8,312 nucleotides of DNA from Amoeboradix gromovi X-113. Its lineage: Eukaryota; Fungi; Sanchytriomycota. The notes under the pieces are model-generated. The model had not been told where the DNA came from. It did no database searches and saw only the letters and a list, made by a program, of their open reading frames with translations. The stretch lies in contig JADGIF010000449.1 in the NCBI GenBank assembly GCA_018985225.1, positions 1 through 8,312 of the forward strand, in the 5' to 3' direction. Positions within the stretch are counted from its first letter, which is position 1. Each line of letters starts with the position of its first letter. Shown here piece after piece: positions 5,306 through 8,312 of this stretch. A program made the position numbers and the translations under genes.

Positions 5306-8085
5306 ACTGAGGCTCAAGTAGCTTGCTTAACTCTTTCAATGTGTTGAAGTCTTTCTCTATTCTAGGTTTTTTAAGAAAATTTTGTAAGTGGGGGCTAGGC
5401 ATATACGGGTAGCATATAAGAGCACTTTCCATTACCTCTAACACTGTTCTACGCATCATTCTTAATTTGTCAAAGTTATACATTTCACGTATTCGTTTTT
5501 CATTTCCATCATTTAAAAAGGTTAAATCTTTCAAGTAAATAGCTAGATTAGTACAAACTACGTAAAAACGGCACTATTGGAGGCAAAGCTATTCCGAGTT
5601 TATCTCTATAATTCTTCATGTTCTTTGATGGATCACAAAAGTGAACAACGTCTTCGTATGCCTTTTTAGCATCATTGCTAAGTCCTTTCCAGGTTTTTTT
5701 TAATCTCTCGACAGGAAGCATAGAAAGTCCACCAAGTAAACTAAAGGCACTAAAAAAGTTGCTGGTATCTACGCATTTCTTAGCTATCATAATAAATTGA
5801 GTTAGTATTTGAGTTCTTTTTTTCAAATCTTTGGTATCGCATATTTCTGTTGCTACCCAATAAGATTCATTGTCAAATCTTGCTATAAATCTGTCGAGCA
5901 TAGGTGTGGCATATTCTTCCTCTTCACCTTTTTTCCGCCAAATGTAATTTAAAAACTCTATTGGGTGTATACTTTGATAGAGCTGTGAATTTACCAAGCA
6001 TAGCTGCTCTGTAATATCCTCGAATGAGTATTGCATAAGCATGCTATCTAGGGATTTTGATTTATTATTTGATGCCTTGCTAATGTTGACCAAATTTTCA
6101 AATTTTTCGTTCTCCGACGCGACTGCCTCTATCAGCCCTATTGCTCGGTCACCGAGAGTAGGGTCCACACTTAAGCTATCTAAAACGTCTATTAAGTCGT
6201 TCTTCAAATCAGTATTAACTGCAAAATCAAACCAATACCGTACGATCCAAACATCGAATATCTTCATTACCTGAGATTGCAGCTGAATGATGTTGACTCT
6301 ATAGTACTCAATTTCTTCCGGGCTTGCGTTTTCAGGTAGCTGGGCATCAAATCTACTCAGAATTGTATCAAATAATTCTAGTGGCTTTAAAAACGATCTA
6401 TAGCACATTAAAAATGTATCCAAGAAATCCTCGTCACAAAGTTCTGGGTTAGTAAGTATTTCTAAAAACCTCTCTACTGTAGCTGCCATTAAAACAGAGT
6501 TCTCATTGTTTGGATTTTTTTGATAGAGGCTAACTTCCTTATCGCCGTCCATAAATAGCTTTATAGTGTATTCTTTTTCGCCTTTTATTAAAGAAAAGTC
6601 ATGCAAGTGGTGCCTATCAACGTAGAACACAACTGGTCTGTCTAATTCTAATACAAAGTCATTTGATTCGGATGCTATAGAGTGTGAACTGTAATCGTAA
6701 CCCTTTTGCGCACAAATAAATTTTAAAATTTCATCAATAACAGTTTCTTGACCACATCTTAATACTACTTGAACGTTTTCTTGATCAGGTAAACTGATGG
6801 TTATTTTAGTCATTTTTATATTTGCAGGTATTTGTAATTCTTGAGAAATAACGCCATCTACTTCAAAAATGTATACCTCATTAGTATGCTGAACAGCACT
6901 TCTAGACTTTTTAGTGAATGTTTGTTTGCGAAGCGTTAAAGAGTTTGATGAGGCCTTCTTTCTTATTGTTCCTTTTGAGCTGTTGTTTAATTCTGAATTA
7001 GTTTCTTCAGAAACAGGTAAGCTAGCTTGCGAAGTTTGTTCCTCTATTTCTGTGCTCTTAAAGGATCTGTCATGCATTGAAGATGAATGTAACGAAGACT
7101 TGTCAGCCTGTAGTTCTTGTGAATTAGAACTTGTTTTGTACAAAGAAAATGGAGAAATTAGCTCATTTCTTGATGCATCGCTATTGGAATGAGCTCTTGT
7201 TGAAAACGGCGCAATTTCGTTCATGTTATTCCCATTTGCCTCTCTTTTTTCAGGAGGATCATCCCAAGGTGCAATAGAATCATTATTTGGTGAATGTTGT
7301 TGATTGGCTTGAAACTCCAAATTGTCAAACCCAGTTCCATTATTTATCATAGATTCCGGCCGCTTTCTTTCGACGGTCATTTTTCGACTAAGGTAATTTC
7401 GTCCCATCGATTTAAAACCATTGTTTTCCTCAGTTGACGATTGTGCCGCAGTGCTGTCTGGTTTCTTCTCTACTGCACTCTGGGACTTTTTCTTCTTAGA
7501 TGAAGACCTAAAGAAACTTTTAAAGGTAGATTTGTCCTCCTTCAAAACAGAAATAACTGGTTTTACGACTGGAGCATTTTGACGTGACTGCCTTCTTTCC
7601 TGGAGCAGTCGAGTTGGAGATGTAGGAATTGTCTCGGGAACCTTATCTGTTTGTTCTGATAACAGATTAGCGGGTCTAGGTTGTACAACTTCTGCATGTT
7701 GGTCCTCGCAGAGCTCAATACTTTTTATTTCAAAATCACACAACCTTTGACTTAAATCTACCAAAATGCTCTCTATCTGAGGTTCTAGCACTTCATCTAC
7801 GTCCTCTTCATTAATCTGCTCAATAACATTTATAAAAAGAACGTGTTTTTGAACCGAAATGTTTCGTTTTTGACATATTCGTTCTAAGATCTCCATAAAA
7901 TAAGCATCTTTCAAGACTGCAATTGCTGTCATTTGTCCTCTAGGGAGTATTACTTTGAGTACCACCTTCTCAGCTATTATGTCTGATTTTCTTGTTTTCA
8001 ACTGGGTAATTACAGAAATTGGAGCGACTGCGTTGGACATGTAAAGCCACACGGCAGAAACAATTAAAATAGTGAATCCCAACAT
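5304..8085 (-). CDS. Ras-superfamily (Rap-type) guanine nucleotide exchange factor: 2 RBD/ubiquitin-like folds + REM + CDC25; two exons, join(8085..5562, 5542..5304), 920 aa (905 aa if the ATG at 8040 is used)
   Basis: REM motifs (AATVERFLEILT, FLDTFLMCYRSF, FDVWIVRYWFDF) and CDC25 motifs (ITEQLC, ESYWVATEIC, NFFSAFSLLGGL, VERLKKTW, DPSKNMKNYR). After removing intron 5543-5561 the sequence reads PPIVPFLPIYLKDLTFLNDGN...NFDKLRM...SKLLEPQ*. The track ORFs 5548-8085 and 5304-5534 are the two exons; exon lengths of 2524 + 239 nt give 921 codons including the stop. Confidence 0.92.
5543..5561 (-). other. 19-nt GT-AG spliceosomal intron (phase 1) in the GEF gene
   Basis: Minus strand reads TTA C|GTAGTTTGTACTAATCTAG|CT ATT TAC TTG AAA GAT. 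It has a GT donor, a TACTAAT branch-like motif and a TAG acceptor. Removal rebuilds a CCT (Pro) codon, restores the frame and restores the conserved CDC25 motif with no missing or extra residue. Confidence 0.88.
6580..6816 (-). other. RBD/ubiquitin-like fold 2 of the GEF (approximate boundaries)
   Basis: KITISLPDQENVQVVLRC...IDEILKFICAQKGYDYSSHSI...LELDRPV repeats the pattern of fold 1 (L-P, EIL-x-x-IC-x-x-K/R, H). Confidence 0.5.
7708..7968 (-). other. RBD/ubiquitin-like fold 1 of the GEF (approximate boundaries)
   Basis: KVVLKVILPRGQMTAIAV...FMEILERICQKRNISVQKHVLFI matches the Raf-type RBD pattern (V-x-L-P-x-G-Q strand-turn-strand, then L-x-x-I-C-x-K-R helix). Recognised by eye, not by HMM. 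Confidence 0.55.
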
Positions 8086-8262
8086 AAAGTAGTATGCTAA
8101 AATGATTTTATTTCGGCATTTTTTTAAACATTTGAGAGTTTTTATTATTAAATAAATAACATGAGGGACTGGACTAACTTACTGTAACAACTTGGAACAT
8201 TATTTCAGCTTTATTAATTTTATGGGTTTAAGAGGCGAGTGGACATTCAGCTAGTTGACGAG

Positions 8263-8270
8263 TATAAAAG
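8263..8270 (+). promoter_or_regulatory. TATA-like box (TATAAAAG), possibly for a divergent gene beyond the window
   Basis: Matches TATAWAWR in the AT-rich region upstream of the GEF gene. Motif match only. Confidence 0.2.
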
Positions 8271-8312
8271 GAAAATAAACAACTTTTTGTATCGAAATTT
8301 CAAAAATAAATA

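Noticed and set aside
5304-5561. Treating ORFs 5548-8085 and 5304-5534 as two genes, a pseudogene or a programmed frameshift
   Set aside because: A GT-AG segment with a branch-like motif restores the conserved motif residue for residue. A plain frameshift would leave about six extra residues inside a strongly conserved motif.
6041-7192. ORFs 6041-6274 (+) and 6914-7192 (+)
   Set aside because: Antisense shadows of the GEF in the frame that shares third codon positions.
599-8085. Genome-wide TAA/TAG=Gln or TGA reassignment
   Set aside because: About 2,000 codons of the three recognised genes contain no internal TAA, TAG or TGA despite many Gln and Trp residues, and NHP2 (TAG) and the GEF (TAA) stop where their families normally end.
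1-8312. CRISPR arrays, tRNA/rRNA/snRNA genes, transposase or reverse transcriptase, terminal repeats
   Set aside because: No regular repeats, cloverleaf boxes, snRNA signature sequences or DDE/RT motifs were found by eye.

Overview
AT-rich, tightly packed eukaryotic nuclear DNA of fungal type, read in the standard genetic code. The plus strand carries an H/ACA snoRNP subunit NHP2 (L7Ae family, 599-994) and, only 51 bp later, an apparently intronless division-2 class IV (Chs3-like) chitin synthase (1046-4162). The minus strand carries a convergent Rap-type guanine nucleotide exchange factor with two RBD/ubiquitin-like folds, a REM domain and a CDC25 domain (8085 or 8040 to 5304). The ORF track splits this gene in two. 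The most striking observation is that the two pieces join exactly, restoring the conserved PFLPIYLKDLTF motif, when a GT-AG intron of only 19 nt (5543-5561) with a TACTAAT branch-like motif is removed. Weaker candidate tiny introns (21-26 nt), poly(A)-like hexamers abutting stop codons and the very short spacer point to an extremely compacted genome, probably from an early-diverging fungal lineage or a close relative (inference). Regions 1-560 and 4170-5300 are unexplained; the latter holds a 96-aa ORF whose frame continues through TAA/TAG-only interruptions, plus a run of short hairpins. No tRNA, rRNA, CRISPR array or recognisable transposase was seen.
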